From assembly GCA_963674965.2 (NCBI GenBank), contig CAXXFL010000007.1, positions 608,001-672,000 of the forward strand: a stretch of DNA of 64,000 bases. Reading direction: 5' to 3'. Positions 1 to 10,012 of this stretch are shown one piece after another. The translations under genes were made by a program, and so were the position numbers. Origin of the DNA: a bacterium (lineage in GTDB: Bacteria; RBG-13-61-14; DATKZS01). Positions within the stretch are counted from its first letter, which is position 1. Each line of letters begins with the position of its first letter. The notes under the pieces are model-generated. The model ran no database searches. It saw only the letters and a program-made list of their open reading frames with translations, and was not told where the DNA came from.

Positions 1-745
1 TGGTCTCTCCGGGCAGAAGGTAACTATCCTTGTGCTTTTCGAGAAGTTCCTCGGCCTGGTCCGCCCAGAAGTTGGTGGGATGGTCCCGCCAGAGCTTGAC
101 CAGTTCCTTCCTCGCCTCGGCCACCGAGCCCGTCATGGTCTTGGCCCAGGCCGAGGTGTAGTCTATCTCACGGTCCCACAGGCCGTCCTTTTCCGTGGAT
201 TTGAGCGCCGCCAGCCTTTGCAGGACCTTCACCGCCTCCTCGGGCGCTTCGCCCCGCCTGCGGCAGCGCAATAGCTCCATCATGGCCCTGCCTTTCAGGT
301 CGCCCGGCGGGTCACTGGATATAAGTTTCTCCCAAAGGGGAACGGCCTCGGAGTAGTTCTCCGCGTCCTGGTAGGTGAGGGCGCCGTAAAAGAGACCGTG
401 ATAGGAAAGCTCGGGATGGAGTTTCGAGGCCTGGTAAAAACGGGACCTGGCCGAGTCGTATTTCTTTTGTTTATACTCGCAGTATCCCGCCAGGAACTGG
501 GCTTTGCCCCAAAGAGTTTTGTCCTGCCCGGACGCCCGCGCCCGATCGCAAAGCTCGACGGACTTATCGTATTCCCCGGCCTTGAGCCTGGCCGCGGCCA
601 GAGACAATAGCGCCTCGGGAGAGGCGTCGGGGTCGTCCGCGAAGACGGCGGGCGAAAGCATAATAATAATTATAAGGACGAAGACGCGAAGAGCGCTCGA
701 AAACCAAAAACGACGGAAAGGGGTTATCATGGCGACCTTACCCAT
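1..745 (-). CDS. Exported TPR-repeat protein, partial (runs off the left edge)
   Basis: Hand translation from ATG 745 (or 730): hydrophobic signal, then TPR-like helices (EALLSLAAARLKAGEYDKSVELCDRA). Absent from the ORF track because it is truncated. Confidence 0.7.
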   Translation of the reverse strand, partial: MGKVAMITPFRRFWFSSALRVFVLIIIIMLSPAVFADDPDASPEALLSLAAARLKAGEYDKSVELCDRARASGQDKTLWGKAQFLAGYCEYKQKKYDSARSRFYQASKLHPELSYHGLFYGALTYQDAENYSEAVPLWEKLISSDPPGDLKGRAMMELLRCRRRGEAPEEAVKVLQRLAALKSTEKDGLWDREIDYTSAWAKTMTGSVAEARKELVKLWRDHPTNFWADQAEELLEKHKDSYLLPGET

Positions 746-866
746 GGCGCGCGGGGCCGGGTTCCCCGCTGGAAATATTTAAGGGGCCTTCTCATGGCGG
801 AGCAGCTTAGTATTTATTTCGACTTCAAAAGAAGCGGACCCGTTCCCGCCGGGACCGCGAAAAAAA

Positions 867-993
867 GTCGGATTCACTCGTCAGGGCCCACTAACCGCGT
901 CGCCCCCCTCAGGCATCCACTTCAGCGCAGCTTCCACATTCCGCATTAGAGCACCGCATCCGCTCAACTTGGACCCTGACGTGTAAATCCGAC
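867..993 (-). ncRNA. Candidate 127-nt structured RNA / 3' element with long closing stem and U7 tail
   Basis: Arms 867-889 and 971-993 are inverted repeats (20/23). Two of the three mismatches are G-U pairs on the minus strand. Internal hairpins; A7 at 860-866. Confidence 0.5.
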
Positions 994-1200
994 CTAAATA
1001 CCCATTATGTCAACCGTTTCTTTGAGTTCTTCTTTCCTATTATCGTAGTAGCCCTCGAAATATTCACGCTCGATCCCCATCTCCTCGAGGGCCGCCGCCA
1101 GCATGGCGCCGAATTCATCGCGGCCTTTGCCCGATAGTTCCCGGCGGGCCTTCATGACGGCCAGAAGATACAGAGAATCAAGCTCGACTTTGTTAAGAAT
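994..1200 (-). CDS. Small hypothetical protein, 68 aa, probable ATT start (alternative internal ATG gives 53 aa)
   Basis: Open frame (I/M)LNKVELDSLYLLAVMKARRELSGKGRDEFGAMLAAALEEMGIEREYFEGYYDNRKEELKETVDIMGI*. Purine-rich SD-like tract just upstream of ATT; in-frame TAG 18 nt upstream. Confidence 0.55.
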   Translation of the reverse strand: MLNKVELDSLYLLAVMKARRELSGKGRDEFGAMLAAALEEMGIEREYFEGYYDNRKEELKETVDIMGI

Positions 1201-1272
1201 CTTCTTTCCCCTTTTCCTCTAAGCTATGAATTGATATTAAGTTAATAGTTAATTAAGCAAAATTATACGTAT

Positions 1273-1301
1273 CTTATACCGATATTTTAGTAATTTGTCA
1301 A
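1273..1301 (-). promoter_or_regulatory. Sigma70-type promoter TTGACA-N17-TATAAG
   Basis: Near-consensus -35/-10 with 17-nt spacer in an AT-rich tract, pointing at the small ORF. Confidence 0.7.
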
Positions 1302-1468
1302 GTAAAAAATGTAAATTTATGAAAATTAATTAAAAAAATTATTAAAATAATATGACGGCGCGCCGTCCCGGCCGCTGCCCGAGCGGCCGGGCGCGTTTTA
1401 ACCGGTTATGATTTTTTACAATAAGCGGACTTTTGCCCGGAAGGAAAGTAAATGATATCCTCTTATAC

Positions 1469-2329
1469 ATGAACATGAAAAAGAAAACTCTGAACCTGGC
1501 CCCACCGGTCCTGGCGGGGATCATATTCGCGCTGGCCCTGGGGGGATGCCCCAAGCGTCCGGACGTAACCGCCGTCGTTCCCTCCCGCGTGGCCGACGCA
1601 GACTCGCTTATCGCCAAGATAAGGCGCGACGGAAGCGGTCTCCAGAGGATGGACGCCTCGGTCAAGATAAAGCTCTCGGGCACTCCCATGCCCTTTCGTG
1701 GCAACTTTTACGGGAGCCTTAGGGTGGACAAGGAAATGGAACAGTTGGCCCTTTGGTTCCAGGTCTACAACATGCCCGGCGTTCCCATCATGGAGATCAT
1801 CACCAGGGGCGACAGGGTCGAGGTATTCTCGCCGCTCGAGAGAACGGTGTACGTGAATTTCTCGGAGTTCGCCGAGGCGGGAAAAGTGGAGGAGTTTCCC
1901 CTTTCGGCCTTTGGCGAGGTCTTCATTCCCCTGGACCACATCGTGAAGCAGATCGAGCTTTTATGGGGCCTCGGGATAGATGAAGCCTTCCGGTACGAGT
2001 TCGTGGCCTCGGACGACATTTACATCCTCAGCGAGTGGGACGGGACCGTGCTCCGCCGGGAAATGGAATACTCGAAAAAAGGCGCCTTGCTGACCCGGGT
2101 CAAAGTCTATCAAGGCGGGATACTAGCCGGCGGCATGGAATGCTCGGGCCACTCGGGCGGCGGCGCGGCCGGGTTCCTTCCCGGCGAGATAACTCTTTAC
2201 CAGGGCGACGTGCAGGTCAAGCTCAGCCTGTCCAAGCTAAGGTCCAACCTCGAGGTCACGGGGCAGCCCATAAGGTTCAGGCCGCCCGAGAACAACAGGG
2301 TGGTCCTTTTAACTCCGCCCGTAAGATAA
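1469..2329 (+). CDS. Lipoprotein, possibly LolA/LolB-fold (DUF4292-like)
   Basis: Lipobox LGGC after a basic/hydrophobic N-terminus; beta-rich body. Confidence 0.55.
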   Translation: MNMKKKTLNLAPPVLAGIIFALALGGCPKRPDVTAVVPSRVADADSLIAKIRRDGSGLQRMDASVKIKLSGTPMPFRGNFYGSLRVDKEMEQLALWFQVYNMPGVPIMEIITRGDRVEVFSPLERTVYVNFSEFAEAGKVEEFPLSAFGEVFIPLDHIVKQIELLWGLGIDEAFRYEFVASDDIYILSEWDGTVLRREMEYSKKGALLTRVKVYQGGILAGGMECSGHSGGGAAGFLPGEITLYQGDVQVKLSLSKLRSNLEVTGQPIRFRPPENNRVVLLTPPVR

Positions 2330-2341
2330 AGGCCTACCCGC

Positions 2342-5300
2342 CTATTCGACTCCAATTATGGTAACGACGCCGGCGGCGTTTATAGCGTCCATGTACCTTC
2401 CCTTGCCGCCGCTTCCGCATTGCGGGGCGAGGGCGTCAATTATTATCGTGCCCGCCGCGTCCACCCGGACGACCACGCTCGAGCGTCCGCCCTCGGCGAT
2501 GGGGCCGGAGACGTCGTACCTTGCCTGGACTCCCGCGCTTCCCTCTCCTCCCAGCAGGGTGGCCGAGCCCGCGGACCCGACGCCGATGGAAAATATCACT
2601 CCTATGCCGGCGGTATAATTGGGATAATCGTTTTTAACCCCCACCGTGATTCTGGTGGTCGAGCCCACCTCGACCATGCGGAGACCGTCCCCGGAAAGCT
2701 CGAGCGTGACGGGAATGCTCGGGTTGGACAGGGTACCTTGAATGGCGATCATCTGTTTGAGCACGTTCGCGTCCAGCGGCGAGATGATCTCGTCCATGTC
2801 CAGTTCCTGGCTGTCTCCGTTGGGTGGGATCACGCCCGTGTATGAGGCTGGTTTCAGGTCTATCCTGGACTTGAGGGCGATAAGGTCGAGGGGAGAGATC
2901 ATGCCGTCGGCCGAGATGGTGTCTCCCGAGTCGGCCCAGCAAAGGCACCCCGTGCCTCCCGCGAGAGACTCGGTCCAAATACCGGTCCCATTATAGTACT
3001 CGTGTGAGTTGGGCGCGCCGTCGCCGTCGAAGTCGGCGCCCATGCCGTCGTCCGGATCGAGGGGATCTAGGTTTTGCGAGTGACCCGTCATGTTGGCAGC
3101 CTCGAAGGCGTCGGGCAGCGCGTCTCCGTCCGTGTCCCAGGAGGTGGGGTCCGTGCCGAGGGAGTTGTATTCCTCCCCGTCCGAGAGGCCGTCGGCGTCC
3201 GAGTCGGGATGATAGGGGTTGGACCCTATTCCCGTCTCGGTCTCGTCCGGGACCCCGTCGGCGTCGGAGTCGGCCGACAGGGAAACGCCCCATACCTCGA
3301 CGTCGTCTATGTTCCATCCGAAATAGTTGTCCGTCGCGTTGGTCGGTCCCATGGTCCATCTTAACCAGACCGTGGATTTCCGGTCGGCGTAATACGCTAT
3401 GTCGAGATCAGCCTGGGTCCAGGCCGTGTCTATCAGCACGTAATGGGGGTTGGTCCAACTCCAGGACCAGGAACTCATGTCGCTCGAGACCCGGACGTTG
3501 GCCCCGTCGTAGGCCCCGTTGTCGATTCCCATCCACCTTTGGAACCGTAAAAGCACGGAAGTGTAGTTGGAAAGGTCCATGGACCCGGTGGTCAGGTTGC
3601 ATACCGCGGCCATCGAGTTGGGGTAATCCCCGTCCAGGTTGTAGCCGTAGACGTTGTCGCCGGTGTAGCCGGAGGTCGGGTCACCGTTCCCTCCGGTCCC
3701 CTGCCCGGTGGGAACGCCGAACTCCCACTGGCCCTCGACGCTCCAGCCGGGGTCGGAATCGAAATAGAACCCGTAGGCCACTTGCCTGTCGGAGGGGATG
3801 GCAGCCCGCTGCGCCGTGTTCCCGTCCTCGTTCCCGAAGCGGTCCATGGCCCGGACCACGTAGAAATAGGCCTGGCCGTTGGTCAGGCTCGTATCGGTCA
3901 TCTCGAGCTGGCCCGATGCCGCGTGAGGGTCCCCAAAGTCCTGTCCGCCCCGGGTCTCGGCGCGATAAACGTTATAGGTAATGGGCGCGTTGACGTCGGA
4001 GGCCGCGCTCCATGCCAGGAAGGTCTTGTTCAGTCCCGGCAGGGCGGACTCGATGCCCCCGAAGGACGGGGGCTCGAGGTCGATAATCGCCCGGTCGTGC
4101 TTGGCCGCGTTGGTGTCCCCCGCGCCCGTGTCCGCGTCCACGTACATGGCCGTGATGGTGTCGCCGTTTGCGACCTGCAAGTCCTCTCCCACTATCAGGG
4201 AGCCGAGAAACTTGCCCGATCCCGCCGGATCCTCGGTCATGGACAAGGGGATGGGCGTCGGGTCCGAGGCGCTCCAGACGTCCACCGTCAGGGAGTCCGT
4301 GCAGATGAGGTCGTAGTCCTCGACGTAAAGCCCAGCCTCGCTCGCGTCCCCGTAATAGAAGTTGTCCCACTCGACGTACCCGTTGCGGTTCATGCCCGTG
4401 CAGACGTTTAGACGCTGGGTAAAGGGCGCCGAGTCGCCTGACGTATAATTGATGGTGACCGTGGACCCCGGCGGATAGGAAACCAGGTTTTCGGGCACTC
4501 CCGTCTCGGTCACGCCGAAGGTTTCCGCGTACGGGACCGTGCCCCCGAAATAGTAGCGCGCCCAGTGGTTGGCGGCGAAGCCTATATAGTAGCGCTTGCC
4601 CTTTTTCAGGGTCACCGATATGTCTCCCGAGTTGAACCAGGAGTGGTTGGGGAAATAGCCCTGGTAGGGCGCCTGGTTGCTATGGATAAGCTCGTACTCC
4701 CCGGTCACGGAGTCGTTCTCGTAGACGAAGAACCAAAGTGACCCGTTCTCCCGCAGGCGGATATCGACGCTCGTCAGCTCGACGGTCTGACTCACGGTGT
4801 AGACGTTTCCCCTCGCGACCGTGCCGTGCAGGTAACTATCGTAGTTTCCCACCGCGTCCAGGGTGCACTCGCGCCCGGCCAGGTGAGGGAGGGTGGAAAG
4901 CTCGACCGTGTTCCCCTCCTCCTGCCCGAAGCGGTCCTCAGCCCGGACCACGTAGTAATAGCGCGTGCAGAAGACGGCCGTATAGTCCACGAAGGCCGTG
5001 TCTCCCGCCGAGGCCAGGGGCTCGAGGAAGTTCTGGCCGCCCGAGGTCTCGGCGCGATACACGTTGTAGGTGATGGGCCCGTTGTCGTCCGCGGCGGGCG
5101 CCCAGTCTAAAAGTATCACCGTGTCCGAGGGAAGGGCCTGGGCAAGGCCCGAGAAGACGGGAGGCGCTCCGTCCACCAGGGCCTCGTCCGTCTTGGGCAA
5201 AAAGGTGTCGCCGTCACCCGTGTCCGCGTCCACGTATAGGGCCGTGATGGTGTCGCCGTCATCCACTAAAAGGTCCACGCCCAGGGCCGGGAGTCCCGAA

Positions 5301-7735
5301 AAGAATCCGCTGTCCGGCGGGTCTTCCCCCAGGTCGAAAGCCACCGGAGTGGGATAGCTCGAGCTCCATAGCTCGATGGTGACCGTGTCGCTTCCCTCGA
5401 GGTCCGCGTCGGCCAGGGAAAGCCCGGCGTTTTGAGTCCATCCGTAGACATCGTCGCTCCAGAATACGATCCCGTCCGAGGGAAGCGCCACCGCGGCCTG
5501 GCCCTCGTAGGGGTAGGCGTCGTGGGCGGTCACGGTCACGTTGACCGGGTCGGGCCTGATAATGGGGGAGAAGGTCACGGTCACGCTGTCCGCTTGAATA
5601 ATCCCCACGCCCAGCACCACTCCGTCCTGGACCGCGGCCGCCCTGGCGCCCTCGCGGTCGCCGTACACCTTGAGGGACTGGGAGCCGAAGTCCACGGTCG
5701 AGGCGTGGGACACGGTCATCGAGAAGGGCGTGGTGGTCCTCATATACATGAGAGGGTCGCCGAAGTAATGATAGATGCGGAAGGTGTAAAGGGCCTCGTC
5801 GTCCAGGCCCTCGTAGGTCCGAAGGTAGTACTTGGCGAAGTTCATGGCCTCGACGGGCCGAAAGCCTCCCGGGTAGGCGGTCTCCCCGTGGCTTAAGTCA
5901 TACTCCGGCCACATGGAGGTAAAAAGGCCGTGGGTCAGGAGGTCGTTATAGCCCGAGTAGCTGACCCTGTCCGCCGCGATCACGGCCACGGCCCCCCCGC
6001 CGGACTTCTGCAAAAGGGCCTCGGCCAGGCAGTTGGCGTAGTAGTCGAACATCCCCGTCTCGCAATTGATGGAGAAGACCACCGGCGTCATGTCGCCGTT
6101 GGTAAGGGACGAAGTGTTCGAGGTGCTAAGGCGCGGCTGGTCCCAGTAGCGCGCGGCCCCGTGTCCCCTGTGGAAGGCCAGTCCCACTCCGGCGTTGAAC
6201 TGTGTAATGACCTCGGCCGCCGAGGTCGAGTAAGAGGAGATAAGGCTCACGATCTCGGCGGGTATTTCGTCCGGATGGTCCGGCCGGTGGGGGTATCCCA
6301 GGTACAGGTAGGTGGCCGGGTCGCACGAAAGGCCGTCCACGTTGTGAGTGCTGGTAAAGGCGGGGTGGGTGGTCATGCCCGCCGTGTCGCCGTCCAGGAA
6401 ATCCTTGACGTGGGCCGCCGTCTCGAGGAACCACCGGTCGGCGCCGCAGTTAAGGTTTTCGTCCTCCATGTAGGTCGCGATAAGCGCGTCGTCATACCAG
6501 GAGCCCATGTCGGGCCGGCGGTCGTACTTGAGGATTTTATTGACCACGATCGAGCACTGGGCCGCGGTGAGGACGGGTATTCGGCCCGCGTTGATATCCG
6601 GGAAGTAGCCCGCGTCCATGCACGAGTAAGGCAGGTCCGAAATAAAGGACCCCGTGCCCGTGTAGCTGGGCGAGACGACCTGACTCGGGGTCTGGTTGTA
6701 GTCTCCCACCAGAAGAAGATAGGAAGGCGCCGGCGTCCAGGTCTCGTAGGCGTCCCGGATATAGTCCTCCACCTCGTCGGCCGTCGTACCGATCTCGCTC
6801 ATGGCCGCCACCCTGGTCACGTAGCCCTTCAGGGTCGTCCATTCAGCCAGGGGCTCGACGCAGTCAAGGTAGGAATCATGGGCGATGATAAGGTAGTCCG
6901 CCCCGTTCTCCTCGCCCGGGCCGCCGCCGTCAAGACCCGAGAAGTCCAGGCCCGGATCGTCCGAGCCGCCGCTTATCTCGCCTTCCCCGTCCACCCGGAT
7001 AGAGGTGGCGCTTTTCCATCCCCGGGATAAATCCTTGACGTCCTTGTTGGCGTCTTGATAATTGGCGATCGTCCGCTCGCCCAACCGGTTGAAGCTCTCC
7101 GAGAAAAGGCGCGCCTTTTTTATTTCTCCCCCCGGGTCCACGTCGCCCTCGAGTTCGATGGTTATCTCCAGTTCCTCGGCCGCGAAAAGGCGCCCGGACG
7201 AGGGCACGTATCCGATCGGATAGACCTCGACCTCGATCACGCGCCTTCCGCGCATGAAGGAAGGAGAGGACACGGAAAAAGGCTGGGGACGAACAAGCTC
7301 GTCAAGCTCGTAGGCCCGCTCGTCGATGGTGAACTCCGGCCGCTCTCCCGGCTGGTCGATCATGGCCGGCTGGCGGGGAAGTACTTTGTAGCCGGGGCCC
7401 AGGTCGGTCCATTTCTCGGCCGTGACGCGTCCCCTGGGCGCGACGCCGTAGGGTATCTCGAGAAGGACGCTCTTGAAGGGCAGGTCCGGCCCTCCGATCT
7501 CACCGCTTTTTCCCAGGCCCGCAAGGCGGACGTCGTAATAGGACTCGCCGTTTATCTTGATTTCTTTCAAGCTGGGACTTGCCTGGCCCGTCCTTATTAT
7601 GATGGCCTTGTTCCCGTCCTGGCTGACCTGGAGGCCGAAGCCCCGCGCCAAGCCGGGTAAAGCCAGCGCCGCGGCGGACAAGGCCATAATCCAGGTCAGC
7701 CGCCTGGCCAGGCTTGTAACGCGTTCTTCCATCAT
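2342..7735 (-). CDS. Secreted gingipain-like C25 cysteine peptidase with propeptide, duplicated Ig/Fn3 module, Ca-binding repeats and dockerin-like C-terminus
   Basis: Propeptide (G..GGPDLP), ADYLII, YLLLVGD, catalytic HRGHG and SINCETG, DxDxDG repeats, paired DGMISPLD/DEIISPLD. Confidence 0.85.
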   Translation of the reverse strand: MMEERVTSLARRLTWIMALSAAALALPGLARGFGLQVSQDGNKAIIIRTGQASPSLKEIKINGESYYDVRLAGLGKSGEIGGPDLPFKSVLLEIPYGVAPRGRVTAEKWTDLGPGYKVLPRQPAMIDQPGERPEFTIDERAYELDELVRPQPFSVSSPSFMRGRRVIEVEVYPIGYVPSSGRLFAAEELEITIELEGDVDPGGEIKKARLFSESFNRLGERTIANYQDANKDVKDLSRGWKSATSIRVDGEGEISGGSDDPGLDFSGLDGGGPGEENGADYLIIAHDSYLDCVEPLAEWTTLKGYVTRVAAMSEIGTTADEVEDYIRDAYETWTPAPSYLLLVGDYNQTPSQVVSPSYTGTGSFISDLPYSCMDAGYFPDINAGRIPVLTAAQCSIVVNKILKYDRRPDMGSWYDDALIATYMEDENLNCGADRWFLETAAHVKDFLDGDTAGMTTHPAFTSTHNVDGLSCDPATYLYLGYPHRPDHPDEIPAEIVSLISSYSTSAAEVITQFNAGVGLAFHRGHGAARYWDQPRLSTSNTSSLTNGDMTPVVFSINCETGMFDYYANCLAEALLQKSGGGAVAVIAADRVSYSGYNDLLTHGLFTSMWPEYDLSHGETAYPGGFRPVEAMNFAKYYLRTYEGLDDEALYTFRIYHYFGDPLMYMRTTTPFSMTVSHASTVDFGSQSLKVYGDREGARAAAVQDGVVLGVGIIQADSVTVTFSPIIRPDPVNVTVTAHDAYPYEGQAAVALPSDGIVFWSDDVYGWTQNAGLSLADADLEGSDTVTIELWSSSYPTPVAFDLGEDPPDSGFFSGLPALGVDLLVDDGDTITALYVDADTGDGDTFLPKTDEALVDGAPPVFSGLAQALPSDTVILLDWAPAADDNGPITYNVYRAETSGGQNFLEPLASAGDTAFVDYTAVFCTRYYYVVRAEDRFGQEEGNTVELSTLPHLAGRECTLDAVGNYDSYLHGTVARGNVYTVSQTVELTSVDIRLRENGSLWFFVYENDSVTGEYELIHSNQAPYQGYFPNHSWFNSGDISVTLKKGKRYYIGFAANHWARYYFGGTVPYAETFGVTETGVPENLVSYPPGSTVTINYTSGDSAPFTQRLNVCTGMNRNGYVEWDNFYYGDASEAGLYVEDYDLICTDSLTVDVWSASDPTPIPLSMTEDPAGSGKFLGSLIVGEDLQVANGDTITAMYVDADTGAGDTNAAKHDRAIIDLEPPSFGGIESALPGLNKTFLAWSAASDVNAPITYNVYRAETRGGQDFGDPHAASGQLEMTDTSLTNGQAYFYVVRAMDRFGNEDGNTAQRAAIPSDRQVAYGFYFDSDPGWSVEGQWEFGVPTGQGTGGNGDPTSGYTGDNVYGYNLDGDYPNSMAAVCNLTTGSMDLSNYTSVLLRFQRWMGIDNGAYDGANVRVSSDMSSWSWSWTNPHYVLIDTAWTQADLDIAYYADRKSTVWLRWTMGPTNATDNYFGWNIDDVEVWGVSLSADSDADGVPDETETGIGSNPYHPDSDADGLSDGEEYNSLGTDPTSWDTDGDALPDAFEAANMTGHSQNLDPLDPDDGMGADFDGDGAPNSHEYYNGTGIWTESLAGGTGCLCWADSGDTISADGMISPLDLIALKSRIDLKPASYTGVIPPNGDSQELDMDEIISPLDANVLKQMIAIQGTLSNPSIPVTLELSGDGLRMVEVGSTTRITVGVKNDYPNYTAGIGVIFSIGVGSAGSATLLGGEGSAGVQARYDVSGPIAEGGRSSVVVRVDAAGTIIIDALAPQCGSGGKGRYMDAINAAGVVTIIGVE

Positions 7736-7984
7736 GGAGTCTCCGATGTTTCTGGGTCGTGAACTAAAGCGCGTATTCTAAAGAAGCGGCGCAAACGAGC
7801 GACTCCCCGCGGCCGCCCGACGCGCGAACCATGCCTTTAGATCAGTTTACCACCCGGGATTGGTTATCGCCAGGAAAATTTTGGGGCAAGGGAAGAGGGC
7901 CGGGCCATTGAAACGGCGTTGAAGAGCTCTGGTAATATTATATCTAAATCGATTGTTCCCCAGCGGAGGTTGCCCCGCCTTCGA

Positions 7985-8941
7985 TTATGTCTTCCTGAAA
8001 ACCACGTAAATTACGAATCGCCCATTTTCCTTTTTATGGTAGTAGAGGCGCTTTCCGTCGCGGCTGATACTGGGGGCCTCGACGAAGGTGTGGACGCCCT
8101 CGTCCATGACGGCTAAGACGGCGCGGGGCGCGGCGAAGGGTTGGCCGCCCGCGGAGCGGACGGCGCGCATGATTTTGAACTCCGGGCGGGAGGGCCGGGA
8201 GAGGTCGAGCCTGGTGAAGAACAGCTCGAGTCCGTCGGCGGAGATGGACGGCGCGTACTCGAGGTCCCTGGTGTTGATCGCGGCCATGAGCTCCTTTTCA
8301 TTGGGCGGAGTCACGAACCGGTCTCCCTCCCGGACGGCGACCCGCAGGTCCGACTCGCGGGGCGGTCCCTTGTAGAGGGGGAAGGCGGCGCTCGAGAGAT
8401 AAAGGGTTTGGCCGGCGGGGTCCACTTCCACGTCCATGGTAACCTTGCCCCACTTCCGGACGTAAAAATCTCCCCGGACCGGCGAGGCGTTTTTCACCTC
8501 TCCATTATCGAACTCGCCCGCGTATATGGTCTCGTAAGTTTTGCCGATGGGGTTATAGGAGCGGAGAGTGGTGAAGTAGAACCGATCGTTCTCATCGAGA
8601 CTGGCCACGGCGTCGAGTTTCTCCGAGTTGGCGCCGCCCACCTCTCCCATGAACTTAAAGGTTACGTGGTCGATCTTCTTCGCGTAATGAAGATTGGTAT
8701 TGACGCCGGGGTCGTTGGAGTCGTTGAAGAAGAGGAAGCGTTCGTCCCGGGAGATGAAGGGATCCATGGCGTCTCCCTGGTATCCCTCGATCCTGACCCG
8801 GGTGGGATTTTCAAACTCACGGTGGCGGGGATTGGCGGCCAAAGTCGAAATTTTCGCGAGCAAGAGGACCGTCAGGGCCAAGGCGCCCGTAAGGGCCGGC
8901 GTGATCTTTATCGACGCGACAATCTTGTCGGAACCGTTCAT
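7985..8941 (-). CDS. Exported PD40/TolB-like beta-propeller protein
   Basis: Repeated P.IS.DG..L(F/Y)(F/Y) motifs; N-terminal signal. Confidence 0.75.
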   Translation of the reverse strand: MNGSDKIVASIKITPALTGALALTVLLLAKISTLAANPRHREFENPTRVRIEGYQGDAMDPFISRDERFLFFNDSNDPGVNTNLHYAKKIDHVTFKFMGEVGGANSEKLDAVASLDENDRFYFTTLRSYNPIGKTYETIYAGEFDNGEVKNASPVRGDFYVRKWGKVTMDVEVDPAGQTLYLSSAAFPLYKGPPRESDLRVAVREGDRFVTPPNEKELMAAINTRDLEYAPSISADGLELFFTRLDLSRPSRPEFKIMRAVRSAGGQPFAAPRAVLAVMDEGVHTFVEAPSISRDGKRLYYHKKENGRFVIYVVFRKT

Positions 8942-8999
8942 TCGCGTACCCCGCCGGCTTGTTTAAACCACTTCCCTCCAGACGACTAGGCGCGTGACC

Positions 9000-9830
9000 C
9001 TAATCGATATCCACGTGGCCGCCTACGCGCTCGATCATGTCGCCGATGAAGGTCTCATTATCGATCCTGACCTGGATGGCCTTGTTCGGGCACCTCTCGA
9101 CGCAGCGTCCGCAGTGGCGGCACTTGTCGCTTATCCTGGCCCGCCCGTCCTCGATACTCATGGCCTCGAAGATGCAAAAGCCCTGGTCCACGCACTCTCC
9201 GCATCCGACGCAGTCGTCGGTGACCTCGACGGTCACGCCGGGCATGCCCATCAGCTTGTCCGCAATAAGGTCGGGCAGATAGGGCGTCATCCTGGTTATG
9301 CAGCAGCAGGGGCAGCAGTTGCACACGGTGAGGAGTTTCTCGCCCGGACCTATGTCCAGCCATACCGTGTCGGTCTTGCTCTTGCCGATCACGTGGACCA
9401 TGCCCGCCTCCCGGCACTTGCGAACGTGCTCCTTGGCCTCCTCGGCCGTGGCCGGGCGGCAAAGGTCCGGGTGGATGCCCCTGGCCGCCTCACCCATGAA
9501 CACGCATCCAAGGTCCCTGGGGTAATCCTTACACTCCATGGACTCGCGGCACATGCAAAAGTTCATGATCGCTATGTAGCCGGCCCGGTCGATAAAATGA
9601 TCGACCACCTGGGAGGGTAACACCACGTTGTCCTGCCCGGCGGCCGACTCCCCGATCCGGATCACCCCGTCCTTGGGAAGGCAGAACATGTTGTCGCCGT
9701 CAAAGAACCACTTGTCGATCTTCCTGGCCACGGCCGGGTACTTCTCGATGGGGTTCCCGTGGTACAGCTTCCTTGGAAAGGTTAGCTGAAAGAACTTGAC
9801 CCTGAGTTTTCTCAAATCCATCGTATTCAT
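9000..9830 (-). CDS. 4Fe-4S binding protein
   Basis: CMCR, CNCCPCCC, CVGCGEC..C and CRHCGRC...CP motifs. Confidence 0.85.
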   Translation of the reverse strand: MNTMDLRKLRVKFFQLTFPRKLYHGNPIEKYPAVARKIDKWFFDGDNMFCLPKDGVIRIGESAAGQDNVVLPSQVVDHFIDRAGYIAIMNFCMCRESMECKDYPRDLGCVFMGEAARGIHPDLCRPATAEEAKEHVRKCREAGMVHVIGKSKTDTVWLDIGPGEKLLTVCNCCPCCCITRMTPYLPDLIADKLMGMPGVTVEVTDDCVGCGECVDQGFCIFEAMSIEDGRARISDKCRHCGRCVERCPNKAIQVRIDNETFIGDMIERVGGHVDID

Positions 9831-9927
9831 CCCCTTCGATTTTCCCCGGATGGCGTCGCTTCACGGCTCCATTAAACGGTGATCATAGTCCGAACGGCCG
9901 CGAGGGGCAAGGCGCCTCCCGGCCAAT

Positions 9928-9954
9928 TAAAGTTTGGTCCATAAGGGCCGATAA
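9928..9954 (+). promoter_or_regulatory. Sigma28 (FliA) promoter
   Basis: Exact consensus TAAAGTTT-N11-GCCGATAA upstream of flagellin. Confidence 0.9.
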
Positions 9955-10012
9955 GTAGTGTGTAGACAACGTGACGCCGGGATTCATAAGAACGGCGGAT
10001 TGGAGGAAGAAA

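Noticed and set aside
867-993. 6S RNA, SRP RNA, tRNA or attC identity for the hairpin
   Set aside because: Too short and branched for 6S; no SRP core motif, no T-loop/CCA, no paired attC R boxes.
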